DNA of 64,000 nt, taken from Candidatus Latescibacterota bacterium. Lineage in GTDB: Bacteria > Latescibacterota > UBA2968 > UBA8231. Position numbers and translations under genes: made by a program. Shown in pieces: positions 1 to 10,191 of this stretch (positions within the stretch are counted from its first letter, which is position 1; each line of letters starts with the position of its first letter). The notes under the pieces were generated by a model that was not told the origin of the DNA, did no database searches, and saw nothing but the letters and a program-made list of their open reading frames with translations. The stretch covers positions 1,312,001-1,376,000 of the forward strand of contig OZ242318.1 in NCBI GenBank assembly GCA_965208105.1, written 5' to 3'.

Positions 1-2
1 TG

Positions 3-1235
<1,233 letters not shown>

Positions 1236-1238
1236 TCT

Positions 1239-1643
1239 ATGCCCGCCTTCGCCTTAGAGGTTGTCACGCCAGAGCGGGTGGCCTACTCGGGTCGGGTAGC
1301 CAGCCTGCAAGCGCCCGGTAGCGAGGGGAGTTTCGGCGTCCTCGCCGGACACATCCCGCTTTTGACCTCGTTGCAGATAGGGCGGTTGCGGTTTGTCGAG
1401 GAGGACGGCAATGAGGTTCAAATGGCCATCAGCGGCGGTTTTGTCGAGGTCGGGCGCGAGCAGGTTGCGGTGCTAGCCGAGACGGCTGAACGCGTCGAGG
1501 AGATAGACGTAGCGCGGGCCGAGGCCGCGCGGCAGCGGGCCGAGGAACGGTTGGCGCGGGCGCGGGAGGAGCGGGTCGATGCTGCGCGCGCCGAGGCGGC
1601 GCTGGCGCGCGCAATTAATCGACTCAAGGTAGCCTCCGGTTAG
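1239..1643 (+). CDS. atpC: F1F0 ATP synthase subunit epsilon
   Basis: LEVVTPER, GSFGVLAGHIP, ISGGFVEV, C-terminal helical hairpin; directly follows atpD. Confidence 0.96.
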   Translation: MPAFALEVVTPERVAYSGRVASLQAPGSEGSFGVLAGHIPLLTSLQIGRLRFVEEDGNEVQMAISGGFVEVGREQVAVLAETAERVEEIDVARAEAARQRAEERLARAREERVDAARAEAALARAINRLKVASG

Positions 1644-1828
1644 TGTGAGGAAGCTGTTCCGGGTTCGAGCATCTCCGGACGGCTGGTTTCTCTGTGCCAT
1701 GTCGCAGCAGGCAGTACGGGAGCAGTCCTTACTTCCCGATTCCTTTGAGTTGCTTCAGGGTCTCACCGGAATCAGGTTCACCCGCTCCCGCTCTGGTTTT
1801 TTCCGCCAACTCAGCGAACGGACGGATC

Positions 1829-2881
1829 ATGTCGTCAATTCAGCCGGCACTAAGTGCCTTTCTACATCGCCACATTCCCGACATCGAGCGCGAGATGTTC
1901 TCCTTTCTGCCGACCCAGGAGCCGGAGGACTTTCTCTACACCCCCATGCGGGATTACCCTGAGCGCGGAGGCAAGCGATCGCGGCCTGCCCTGGTGCTCC
2001 TCTCCTGCGATGCCCTCGGCGGGGATATGAGCCTGGCCATTCGCACGGCGGTCGCCTTTGAAATCTTTCACTCCTTCGCTCTGCTTCACGACGACATCGA
2101 GGACAATTCCGAGGTCAGACGCGGCAAGCCCTGCATTCACAAGCTGCACGGCATCCCATTGAGCGTCAATATCGGCGATGCGCTCTACGCCAAGGTCTTC
2201 GAGGTTCTGTGCGCCAATCGCGAGGTCCTGGGACCCGAAAAGTCTCTGGAGCTAATCGATTTAATGGTGGATGGAGCGCGGCAGACCTTTGAGGGGCAGG
2301 CCTACGACGTGGGCTGGATCCAGAAGCGCTACGTCCCTACCGAAGAAGAGTTCATGACCATGCTGCGCAAGAAGACCGGGTGGTACACGGGCAGGGGACC
2401 ATGTACGGCCGGAGCCATCATCGCCGACGCCGATTCCCGGATGCGCCGCGCCATGGGGGATTTCGGCGAAGCCATGGCGGTGGCCTTCCAGATTCGCGAC
2501 GACCTGCTCAACCTGACCTCCGCGGAAGAGGACGCGGAGGTTGCTCCGAGTCTGACCTCCGGGGCCTACGGCAAGGAGCGCGGCGGCGATATCGCCGAGG
2601 GCAAGCGCACCCTGATCATTATCGACCTCCTGCGCAAGTGCACGGCTGCAGAAGCCGAGGAGGTTCTGGACATCCTGCACCGCGACCGGGAACACAATAC
2701 TGCCGCTGACATCGAGCGCGTAATCGGCCTGGTCGAACACTATGAGTGCATGGATTACGCCGAACAGGTGTGCCAGCAAAAAGCCCGGGAAAGCCTGGAA
2801 TTCCTGGAGATGATCCCGCCCAGTTCCACGAGGGACCTTTTGGAGGAAATGCTGCGGGTGCAGGTGGACCGCGCCTTCTGA
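1829..2881 (+). CDS. Polyprenyl diphosphate synthase (likely short-chain FPP/GGPP synthase)
   Basis: GGKRSRP, FARM LLHDDIED..RRG, SARM FQIRDD, DIAEGKRT; start moved to ATG at 1829. Confidence 0.9.
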   Translation: MSSIQPALSAFLHRHIPDIEREMFSFLPTQEPEDFLYTPMRDYPERGGKRSRPALVLLSCDALGGDMSLAIRTAVAFEIFHSFALLHDDIEDNSEVRRGKPCIHKLHGIPLSVNIGDALYAKVFEVLCANREVLGPEKSLELIDLMVDGARQTFEGQAYDVGWIQKRYVPTEEEFMTMLRKKTGWYTGRGPCTAGAIIADADSRMRRAMGDFGEAMAVAFQIRDDLLNLTSAEEDAEVAPSLTSGAYGKERGGDIAEGKRTLIIIDLLRKCTAAEAEEVLDILHRDREHNTAADIERVIGLVEHYECMDYAEQVCQQKARESLEFLEMIPPSSTRDLLEEMLRVQVDRAF

Positions 2882-2902
2882 CACCAACCCGAATTGAGAG
2901 AG

Positions 2903-2936
2903 AATGCCGGGGCCGGCCGCGTCCCGGCATTTTTTT
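2903..2936 (+). terminator. Rho-independent terminator
   Basis: Stem AATGCCGGG/CCCGGCATT followed by a T tract, just after the prenyl synthase stop. Confidence 0.8.
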
Positions 2937-3007
2937 GCGCCTGGTCCCTGCCTATGCAACCCCGGTTAATTCAGCCGCCCCTGCACCCCTCCTCGTCTTC
3001 GCGGGGC

Positions 3008-3069
3008 TGCCCTCGTTCGCCGCACACCCCTCGTACGACTCGCTCAGGCGCCTTTGGAGCCGGGAGCCT
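3008..3069. repeat. ~62-bp dispersed REP/MITE-like repeat, copy 1
   Basis: 22-bp core GTACGACTCGCTCAGGCGCCTT (3033-3054) is the exact reverse complement of 4706-4727; flanks align with mismatches. Confidence 0.8.
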
Positions 3070-3138
3070 CGGCGACCCCCTCGACCGCAGGCTGATTGCG
3101 CGCAGGAAACCTGGCTCAATGCCTGACACCCGGTTGCC

Positions 3139-3747
3139 CTAAGCGCTCACGGATAGCGTGCCGATGACCTCCTCGGCAAGAGGCCGCAGGTACTTCTGCA
3201 GGCGGAGGCGTCCCCGGTTTACGCGCGATTTGACCGTGCCCACCGGACAGTCGATGATCTTGGAGATTTCCTCGTAGGCCAGGCCGTTGAGATCGCGCAG
3301 CAGTACCGCCTCGCGAAATTCCTCGGGAAGGTTGCGGATGGCTCTGGTGACGAGACCCTGCACCGTCCTGGTATCGGTGCGCTCCCCGGGAAGCTGTTCC
3401 CCGTCCACTGGCTCGTAGAACGATTTCCGGCCCTCATCCTCACTTGGCCCGATGGGAACCCAATACCAGCGCTTGCGCCGGCGCAACTCGGTCTTGGCCA
3501 GGTTGCCGGCGATGGTGTAGAGCCAGGTGGAGACCTGCTCGATGGCAGGATACTGGTGCCTGTGCTTCAAGCAGCGCAGAAAGGTCTCCTGGACAATGTC
3601 CTCTGCGCTTTCGCGATTGCCCAGGAACCTGTAGACAAAGTTGTAGAGGGGATTGCGATAGCGCTTGACCAGAATGGTGAGGCTGGCCTGGTCCTCTGCG
3701 GCTTGCATCAGGACTTCCTTGTCCGACGGGATGTGAGTTGCTTTCAC
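3139..3747 (-). CDS. ECF (sigma-70 group 4) RNA polymerase sigma factor
   Basis: Region 2 AEDIVQETFLR/STWLYTIAGN, region 4 YEEISKIIDCPVGTVKSRVNRGR; GTG start with GGAG RBS. Confidence 0.93.
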   Translation of the reverse strand: MKATHIPSDKEVLMQAAEDQASLTILVKRYRNPLYNFVYRFLGNRESAEDIVQETFLRCLKHRHQYPAIEQVSTWLYTIAGNLAKTELRRRKRWYWVPIGPSEDEGRKSFYEPVDGEQLPGERTDTRTVQGLVTRAIRNLPEEFREAVLLRDLNGLAYEEISKIIDCPVGTVKSRVNRGRLRLQKYLRPLAEEVIGTLSVSA

Positions 3748-3824
3748 GACTTCTCCCTTTCTCGCAATCGGTGTGATTGAGCCCCCTTGGGCAGTGTCAT
3801 GTGATTTGGCTTACCAACCTCAAC

Positions 3825-3840
3825 AGCAACATTCATGCCA
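3825..3840 (-). promoter_or_regulatory. sigma54 (-24/-12) promoter for the ECF sigma gene
   Basis: Minus strand TGGCATGAATGTTGCT matches TGGCA(C/T)G-N4-TTGCW with exact GG-N10-GC spacing, ~80 bp upstream of the start. Confidence 0.75.
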
Positions 3841-3923
3841 CCCATGTGGAACAACCAGGCCCCCTAGCTGCCCTCCGGATTTCCCGCGACAATGCCCGAT
3901 TCTGACCAGGAAAGGATCGACAG

Positions 3924-3961
3924 GTCTCAGAAATTTGAGACGAACCTCACTTTTCTGAGAC
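3924..3961. promoter_or_regulatory. Tandem palindromic sites, candidate enhancer-binding-protein UAS
   Basis: GTCTCA-N6-TGAGAC (3924-3941) and ACCTCA-N6-TGAGAC (3944-3961), 20 bp apart, ~110-150 bp upstream of the inferred sigma54 TSS. Confidence 0.6.
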
Positions 3962-3980
3962 AGATTGTGCGACGCGCATT

Positions 3981-4009
3981 TTGACATTGTTCAGGGCAAA
4001 CCCTAGATT
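3981..4009 (+). promoter_or_regulatory. sigma70 promoter for the SEC-C gene
   Basis: TTGACA-17-TAGATT. Confidence 0.6.
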
Positions 4010-4024
4010 CCCCCGCAAAGTTGA

Positions 4025-4651
4025 ATGTGGTGGGCCGTGGAAGATTCAGTCGAAAAATTGCGACAGATATGCGACAGGTGGCAGGTTCGCCGCTTTTCAC
4101 CGGAGGAAATGGCCGAGCTCCTCGAAGATGGGGAAAGCCCGGACTGGATCGCCGAACAAGTGCTGCCGGACCCCGCGGCGGACCGGGAAGAATTGTCCCG
4201 GTCGTTGGCCGCTGTTGCAGCGCAAGTCGCCCCCGAGGAGCAACTTGGCGGAGAGGAGGACGAGCCACCTGCGGCGGTCTTCGACCTGCCGGAGCTGCAG
4301 AACCTCCCGTTGCCCGCAGGGTTGGACAGGGAGCAGATCGAGCAGGTCCTGGCATCGCCCCAGGGAGCACTGATGGCGGATTTCGGCGCCTTCTGCCAGG
4401 AGAAGGGAATCGAGCCGGGCGGCGACCAGGAGGAGATGGGTGCCGTCCTCGAGGAGCTCCACGAGGAGTGGCTCCGGACTCCCCGGCAGACCCTGGAGGG
4501 CAAGATGCCATCCGAACTGCTCGCGGGCGGCCGCCTCCTGCCCAGGAAGGTCGAGACCATTCGCCGCGAAAGTCCCAAGGTGGGGCGCAACGACCCGTGT
4601 CCCTGCGGCAGCGGAATGAAGTTCAAGAAATGCTGTGGCCGGGCAGCCTAG
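4025..4651 (+). CDS. SEC-C metal-binding motif protein
   Basis: C-terminal [20 protein letters not shown] with an acidic helical N-terminus; the start may be the GTG at 4037. Confidence 0.85.
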   Translation: MWWAVEDSVEKLRQICDRWQVRRFSPEEMAELLEDGESPDWIAEQVLPDPAADREELSRSLAAVAAQVAPEEQLGGEEDEPPAAVFDLPELQNLPLPAGLDREQIEQVLASPQGALMADFGAFCQEKGIEPGGDQEEMGAVLEELHEEWLRTPRQTLEGKMPSELLAGGRLLPRKVETIRRESPKVGRNDPCPCGSGMKFKKCCGRAA

Positions 4652-4690
4652 TGCCTGCTTGCGTAAGTAAGCGTACGAACGAGGGCGCAG

Positions 4691-4752
4691 AAGCGCCCGG
4701 CTCGCAAGGCGCCTGAGCGAGTCGTACCTGGAGTGTACGGCGAGGGAGGGCA
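4691..4752. repeat. ~62-bp dispersed REP/MITE-like repeat, copy 2 (inverted relative to copy 1)
   Basis: AAGGCGCCTGAGCGAGTCGTAC (4706-4727) plus homologous flanks. Confidence 0.8.
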
Positions 4753-4762
4753 TGATGCGGAA

Positions 4763-5305
4763 ATGACCCAACCCAGAGAATCGGACTTCATTCGTGGAGT
4801 GTACACGGTAGACCTGGAGGAACACCGAGACAGGCGCGGTCGCTTTGCCGAAATCTTCCGCAGGGAATGGTTCCCACAGCGCAGCTGGGAGAAGCTGCAG
4901 TGGAGCCGCTCCGAATCGCAGGCCGGAGTACTGCGGGGCCTGCACTTCCATCGCGAGCAGATCGACTACTGGCACTGCGTGGCCGGGCGCCTGCGGGTGG
5001 GGCTCTACGACCTGAGGCGCTCCTCCCCGACCTGCGGGAGAGGCCAGGTCATCGACCTGGACCAGGAAAACCTGAAAGGCCTGTTCATCCCTGCCGGAGT
5101 GGCCCATGGATTCCGTGCTCTCGCCGACGCCACCCTGATGTACCTGGTCGACAACTACTACGACGGCGGCGATGAATTCGGCGTAGCCTGGAACGATCCC
5201 CAGATCAATCTGCCCTGGGGGGCCACCGAACCGCCCATCCTGTCGGAGCGGGACGCCCGGAATCCCCTGGTCGGGGACATCGCCCCGGAGGACTTGCCAT
5301 CTTGA
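4763..5305 (+). CDS. rfbC: dTDP-4-dehydrorhamnose 3,5-epimerase family protein
   Basis: DRRGRFAE, GVLRGLHFH, DLRRSSPT, IPAGVAHGF, AWNDP, ILSERD. Confidence 0.9.
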   Translation: MTQPRESDFIRGVYTVDLEEHRDRRGRFAEIFRREWFPQRSWEKLQWSRSESQAGVLRGLHFHREQIDYWHCVAGRLRVGLYDLRRSSPTCGRGQVIDLDQENLKGLFIPAGVAHGFRALADATLMYLVDNYYDGGDEFGVAWNDPQINLPWGATEPPILSERDARNPLVGDIAPEDLPS

Positions 5306-6177
5306 GAGATTATGGATTGGATCTTCTCGAGGCCCTGTTGGAGACCGGAGCCTTGCGCATCGCCCCTGCGGACGAGGTCTTCTGGTACACCTCGGGCACC
5401 GTCGGCCCCTACTACATCCATGCCGAGAACCTCTACGGCAGTCCGCGCAAGGCGGTCGAAATGCTGGATTTCATCGAGCGCGGGCGAGGCGACAAGGGCC
5501 GGTTCCCCGGGCAGTTGCTCCGGCAGGCGACGACCAACTACGCCGCGGATCCGATTTACCGCTCCGTCATCGACGCTCTCGTCCAGGAAGCGGGACAATG
5601 GGAGGCGGAGATCGACCTGGTCTCGGGCGGTGAGCGGCGTGACTGGTTTTTCTCCATGGCCGTAGCCGATCGCCTGGGAAAGCCCCACGTGGCCATTTAC
5701 AAGGATCTCAGCATGGTGGCACTCAACGGAACCAGGGCTCGACCGGTCGAGGATCTGGAGGGCAAGAAGATCCTTCACGTCGCCGATCTGGTCACCGAGG
5801 CTTCGAGTTATTTCAGGGCCTGGATTCCCGCCGTCCGCGGGTGCGGCGGACGGCTGGCCTACAGCCTCAACGTGGTGGACCGGGGACAGGGAGGGCGGCA
5901 GGCCTTGAAAGGAGCGGGGGTGCAAGCCTCCGCCCTGTTCAGGGTGGATGAAAAGCTTTTCGATGCTCTTCAGCGCGCCGGCCGCATCGATTCAGGGCAA
6001 AGGGGCAATCTGGGGGCTTACTTCCGCGATCCCCATGGCGCCATGCGGGCATTTCTCGAGAAAAATCCTGGATTTCTGCGCCGGTCTCTGCAAGAACCCG
6101 AGCCAACCGCCGGTCGAGCCAGAACCCTGGTGGAGAAGAATCCATACAACCTCGACCTGCAGGCGATACTGGGATAG
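5302..6177 (+). CDS. Orotate phosphoribosyltransferase-like protein (type I PRTase)
   Basis: FWYTSGTVGPYY, SGGERRDWFFS, atypical PRPP loop HVADLVTEASSY, VVDRGQGG; overlaps rfbC by 4 nt. Confidence 0.6.
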   Translation: MRDYGLDLLEALLETGALRIAPADEVFWYTSGTVGPYYIHAENLYGSPRKAVEMLDFIERGRGDKGRFPGQLLRQATTNYAADPIYRSVIDALVQEAGQWEAEIDLVSGGERRDWFFSMAVADRLGKPHVAIYKDLSMVALNGTRARPVEDLEGKKILHVADLVTEASSYFRAWIPAVRGCGGRLAYSLNVVDRGQGGRQALKGAGVQASALFRVDEKLFDALQRAGRIDSGQRGNLGAYFRDPHGAMRAFLEKNPGFLRRSLQEPEPTAGRARTLVEKNPYNLDLQAILG

Positions 6178-6234
6178 GCCGGATCCACCGGGCGCAGCGC
6201 TGCACCCGGCAACATCCAATCCCGCCTCGCCCGG

Positions 6235-9200
6235 CTATCCCGCGGCTTCTACCAGGATATCGTCGCTCTCGAGCTGCACCGAGACAAGTTGGGAAACCCC
6301 CTCCTCGGGCATGGTTACCCCGTGGAGAGTGTCGGCGGCGTGCATGGACAGCTTGTTGTGGGTGACCATGATGAACTGGGTTGTGCGCGCGAACTCCTTG
6401 AGCACGCGCACGAATCGTCCGATGTTGGAGTCGTCGAGGGGGGCATCCACCTCGTCGAGGATGCAGAAAGGGCTGGGTTTCACCAGATAGAGGGCAAAGA
6501 GCAGGGCAATGGCGGTGAGGGCTTTCTCGCCTCCGGAGAGCAGGTCGATGCTCTGCGGTCGCTTGCCCCGAGGACGTGCGACGATGTCGATGAATGCCTC
6601 GAGGGGATCGGCGTCGGCCTGCAGCAGCAAATCCGCTTCCCCTCCCGGAAAGAAGCGGAGGAAAGTTTCCTTGAATTTTTCGCGAATCTGCTCAAAGGTT
6701 TCGCGGAATATCCGCCGGGCCCTGCGGTCGATGAGGCTCAGTGTCTTCTTCAGATCCTCGGCCGCTTCCCGGAGGTCGTCCCGTTGCCGGCAGAGAAAGT
6801 CGTAGCGCTCCTTTTGCTCTTCGTATTCCTCCAGGACCCCCACGTGGACCGCACCCAGGCGCTGCAGGGACCGGCGTAGCTCCCCCACGCGCTTTTCGCT
6901 TTGCATCGGGTCGAAATCCGCCGAATCCACCGGCCCCAGAACCTCCACGTCGCAGTTCTGATCCTCCAGAAGGCGCTCCCGGACGCGGTCGGCCATGCCC
7001 TCGAGTTCGGCGACCTGGAGTTCCAACTGGTGCCGGCTCTCCCCCCGCTCCTGCACCTCGCGCTGGATGGCCCCTATCTCCTGCTCCAACCGGCTGGTCT
7101 TCTCATCGGATTCCTGCCAGCGCTCCCAGGCGCGGTCCCTGTCCCGTTCCAGCTCGTCGCGGCGCCCGTGCATCACCTTGAGCTCCGCGGAAATCTCCTC
7201 CTTCTCCACCCTGCCCTCGCGGAGCTGGGCCTCCGCCTGGGCTGCCGCTTCCTCGAGGCGCCGGATATTCTGCCTCAGGGTTTGCTCCATGCTGCTCTGG
7301 TGATCGGACTCCCTTCTTAGGCCCTCGACCTTCTCGGCAACGGCAACTTGATCGACGCGCAGTGAGGACAGCCGATCCTGTTTCCTGCGGCGCTCGTCCT
7401 CGGCCGCCTGCAGTCTTTCACCGCATGCGGCGGTCTTTCCCTGCAGATCCTCGATCTCCATCTCCACCGACTTCAGCTGCCCGCTCTGGGCCTGAATGGA
7501 GGTCTGCAGGTTGCGCCTCCTGCCTTGCAGATCATCACTTTCGGCATCGAGGTGTTCGAGGCGGGACTGCAATTCACCGAGTGCGCTGCGATGCACCTCC
7601 ACCCGGTGAGCATGATCGCGTTTCCTGGTTACCAGATCATCCAATTCCCTGGATACGGCGTCGAAACGGCGGGCGACGACCTTGCGGCGCCTCTCTTCCC
7701 CTTCGAGAGTGGCTTCGAGGGCGGCCAACCGAGCCTGCTGGCTTGCGAGGACCCCCTTCAGATTGCGGATCTCCCGGCGGCGCCCCAGGAGGGAGGCGTC
7801 CGCGCCGCTTTTTCCGCCGGCGACCCGGCCGCAGACATCGATGGCATCCCCCTCAAGGGTAACGAACCGGACCCCTCGATCCGCATGGGGCCGGGTCAGT
7901 TCGAGGGCGGTGTCGAGGTCCTCAACCAGGAAGGTGTTGTGCAGCAGATGCGAAACCAGGACCGCGACCGACTCGCGGCAGCGGACCCGGTCGAGCAGCG
8001 GACCGAGCAACCCCGGAGCGGGGGCCAGGGCAACGGGGGGCGCAACAGGTGCGGAGCTCAACTCGAGGGGGAAGATGAGCGCGCGCCCCGAATGGTTTTT
8101 GAGGTAGCGAACGGCATCGAGGGCGGCGCCGGCACTGGAAGCTACCAGCCCCTGCAACGACTCCCCGATGGCGGTCTCCAGCGCCCGCTGGCAGGCGGGG
8201 TCCACCTCCACCAAATCGGCCAGAACTCCCTGGAACAGGTCGGCGTAGGGTGATTCGAGGAGCAAGGCGCGGACCCCGCTGGCGTATCCCACGTATCCCG
8301 AGCGCACTTTTTCCATCACCTCGAGCCTGGCCTGGTTTGCCTCGATGGCGCGGCGCAACTCTTCCGCATCCCGTTGCAGTTTGCCGAACCTGGCCTCCAC
8401 CTCGTCGGTTCGTTCCTGCAGGGTCCGGCTTCGGCCTTCCATTTCCCGCAGGCGGCCCTCCAGGCTTTGCCCCCGGGCACCGGCCTGGCGCACCTGCTCC
8501 TGCTGCTCCCCGATGCTGGCGGCGACCTCCCCGCTCTCCCGCTGCAGCTGCTCCTCCCGACTCACCAGGCTCTCCTCGGTGGTCCTCAGGCGCTCGAGCC
8601 TCAGGCTGGTATCTTTTTGAGAGCCCATGACTTTCAACCGGCCGGCGTTGTGGGAATCGAGCTCGTTGCGGCAACGGGAGTAGACTTCCTCGCTGGAGTC
8701 CGCGTCTCTGCGGGCTTCACCGAGGCGCTGATCGAGGGAGCCGAGGTCCTGCGAGGCCGCCTCGACCTGGCGGGCGGCCTCCTGTTGCCTCTCCAGGCAG
8801 GTCTCGAGGTCCCGCTTGCAGTCCTGGCGCTCGAGCCCCGCGCGCTCCTCGGTCTGCCGCGCCGTCTGGATGCGGCCGTCCACGACCCTCAAGCTGCCCT
8901 CCCGTTCCCCGATCTCTTCAATGCATCGGGTCAGCTCGGACCCGATTCTGGCCAGATCATCCTGGGCATCGGTCCTGTCCAGCCTCGGCTTTTCCAGCTC
9001 GGCCTCAAGCACCCTGAAGCGCGTCTTGGCCGCCTCGACCTGCGAACTCAGACGGGCAAGCTCTCCCTTCTTCGGGCGCAACTCCTCGCCGCTGGCAAAG
9101 AACCGGAAGCGCCCCAGAACCACCTCCAACTGGTCCAGCTCCTCCTTGATCTGGCGGTAGCGCCGCGCCCTGCCCACCTGGCGGCCGAGGTAGTCGACCT

Positions 9201-9801
9201 GGCGTTTGACCTCGGCAATGATGTCCTCGATGCGGTTGAGGTCGGCGTTGGTGGATTCGAGGCTGTTCCAGGTTGACCGGCGGCGGACTTTGTACTTGGT
9301 GATGCCGGCGGCTTCCTCGAGAATGCGGCGGCGGTTCTCCGTCTTCTCGCTGATGATCTCGTCCACCATACCCTGCTCCATCACCGCGTAGGCTCCCTGG
9401 CCCAGACCGGTGTCCATTAGCAGGTTGTGGATGTCGAGCAGCCGGCAGGGAGATTTGTTGAGGAGATAATCGCTGTCGCCGGAGCGCAGCAGGCGGCGGG
9501 CCAGGGTGACTTCACTGAACTGGACCGGAAGGACATGGTTCGTGTTCTCGATGGTCAGGCTCACCTCAGCCAGGCCCAGCTGCTTGCGCTCGCGGGTCCC
9601 GGCGAAAATCACGTCCTCCATGCGGTGGCTGCGGAAGGTGCTGGGGCGCTGTTCACCCAGGACCCAGCGGATTGCCTCGACCACATTGGACTTGCCGCAA
9701 CCATTGGGCCCCACGATGGCGGTGATTCCGGGACCGAAGGGAATGCTCACCTTGCGGGCGAAGGACTTGAAGCCGAAAATCTCGATCCGGGTCAGACGCA
9801 A
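6235..9801 (-). CDS. smc: Chromosome segregation protein SMC
   Basis: GFKSFA, GPNGCGKSN, long coiled coils with hinge, LSGGEK, LDEVDAPLD; TTG start at 9801 with GAGGAG RBS. Confidence 0.97.
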   Translation of the reverse strand: MRLTRIEIFGFKSFARKVSIPFGPGITAIVGPNGCGKSNVVEAIRWVLGEQRPSTFRSHRMEDVIFAGTRERKQLGLAEVSLTIENTNHVLPVQFSEVTLARRLLRSGDSDYLLNKSPCRLLDIHNLLMDTGLGQGAYAVMEQGMVDEIISEKTENRRRILEEAAGITKYKVRRRSTWNSLESTNADLNRIEDIIAEVKRQVDYLGRQVGRARRYRQIKEELDQLEVVLGRFRFFASGEELRPKKGELARLSSQVEAAKTRFRVLEAELEKPRLDRTDAQDDLARIGSELTRCIEEIGEREGSLRVVDGRIQTARQTEERAGLERQDCKRDLETCLERQQEAARQVEAASQDLGSLDQRLGEARRDADSSEEVYSRCRNELDSHNAGRLKVMGSQKDTSLRLERLRTTEESLVSREEQLQRESGEVAASIGEQQEQVRQAGARGQSLEGRLREMEGRSRTLQERTDEVEARFGKLQRDAEELRRAIEANQARLEVMEKVRSGYVGYASGVRALLLESPYADLFQGVLADLVEVDPACQRALETAIGESLQGLVASSAGAALDAVRYLKNHSGRALIFPLELSSAPVAPPVALAPAPGLLGPLLDRVRCRESVAVLVSHLLHNTFLVEDLDTALELTRPHADRGVRFVTLEGDAIDVCGRVAGGKSGADASLLGRRREIRNLKGVLASQQARLAALEATLEGEERRRKVVARRFDAVSRELDDLVTRKRDHAHRVEVHRSALGELQSRLEHLDAESDDLQGRRRNLQTSIQAQSGQLKSVEMEIEDLQGKTAACGERLQAAEDERRRKQDRLSSLRVDQVAVAEKVEGLRRESDHQSSMEQTLRQNIRRLEEAAAQAEAQLREGRVEKEEISAELKVMHGRRDELERDRDRAWERWQESDEKTSRLEQEIGAIQREVQERGESRHQLELQVAELEGMADRVRERLLEDQNCDVEVLGPVDSADFDPMQSEKRVGELRRSLQRLGAVHVGVLEEYEEQKERYDFLCRQRDDLREAAEDLKKTLSLIDRRARRIFRETFEQIREKFKETFLRFFPGGEADLLLQADADPLEAFIDIVARPRGKRPQSIDLLSGGEKALTAIALLFALYLVKPSPFCILDEVDAPLDDSNIGRFVRVLKEFARTTQFIMVTHNKLSMHAADTLHGVTMPEEGVSQLVSVQLESDDILVEAAG

Positions 9802-9978
9802 ATCAAAACTCCTCGCTCCTCCATACAGCGAATGACTGCACAGCAGGAGGCAGCATGAAGTTGGGACGGGGACGAAGGTCCTCGAGGCAGTCGGATGATG
9901 TGGGCAATGGGGGAGAGATACCCCTGTAACCTGCTCGGCGGCGGGCAGTAGGAACCGGGGAGGATCAAGGCTGCCCAT

Positions 9979-10026
9979 CTACCACAAGTAGGGGTAAGAT
10001 CAGCCATAGAGTACTACATATTGCAG
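9979..10026. promoter_or_regulatory. Tandem NrdR-box-like operators overlapping the smc promoter
   Basis: 16-mers CTACCACAAGTAGGGG (9979-9994) and GTACTACATATTGCAG (10011-10026), 32 bp apart, resemble acaCwAtATaTwGtgt. Confidence 0.6.
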
Positions 10027-10036
10027 GACTGGTCAA
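10008..10036 (-). promoter_or_regulatory. sigma70 promoter for smc
   Basis: Minus strand TTGACC-17-TACTCT. Confidence 0.6.
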
Positions 10037-10191
10037 GGCAATTTTGACCTGGGGACACGAGGACGGACAGGATCCGCAGTCCATCCGGGGAATGGCCTGA
10101 AGGCGGGAATTTCACCGGAGGTATTGCTCCCCGGGGCATTCCGCCGCATCTTTCCTGTGTTTTACCCCACAACCTTCTCAAAAGAGTCGCC

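Noticed and set aside
1655-1700. GGGTTCGAG resembling a tRNA T-loop
   Set aside because: No cloverleaf, acceptor stem or D-arm can be formed
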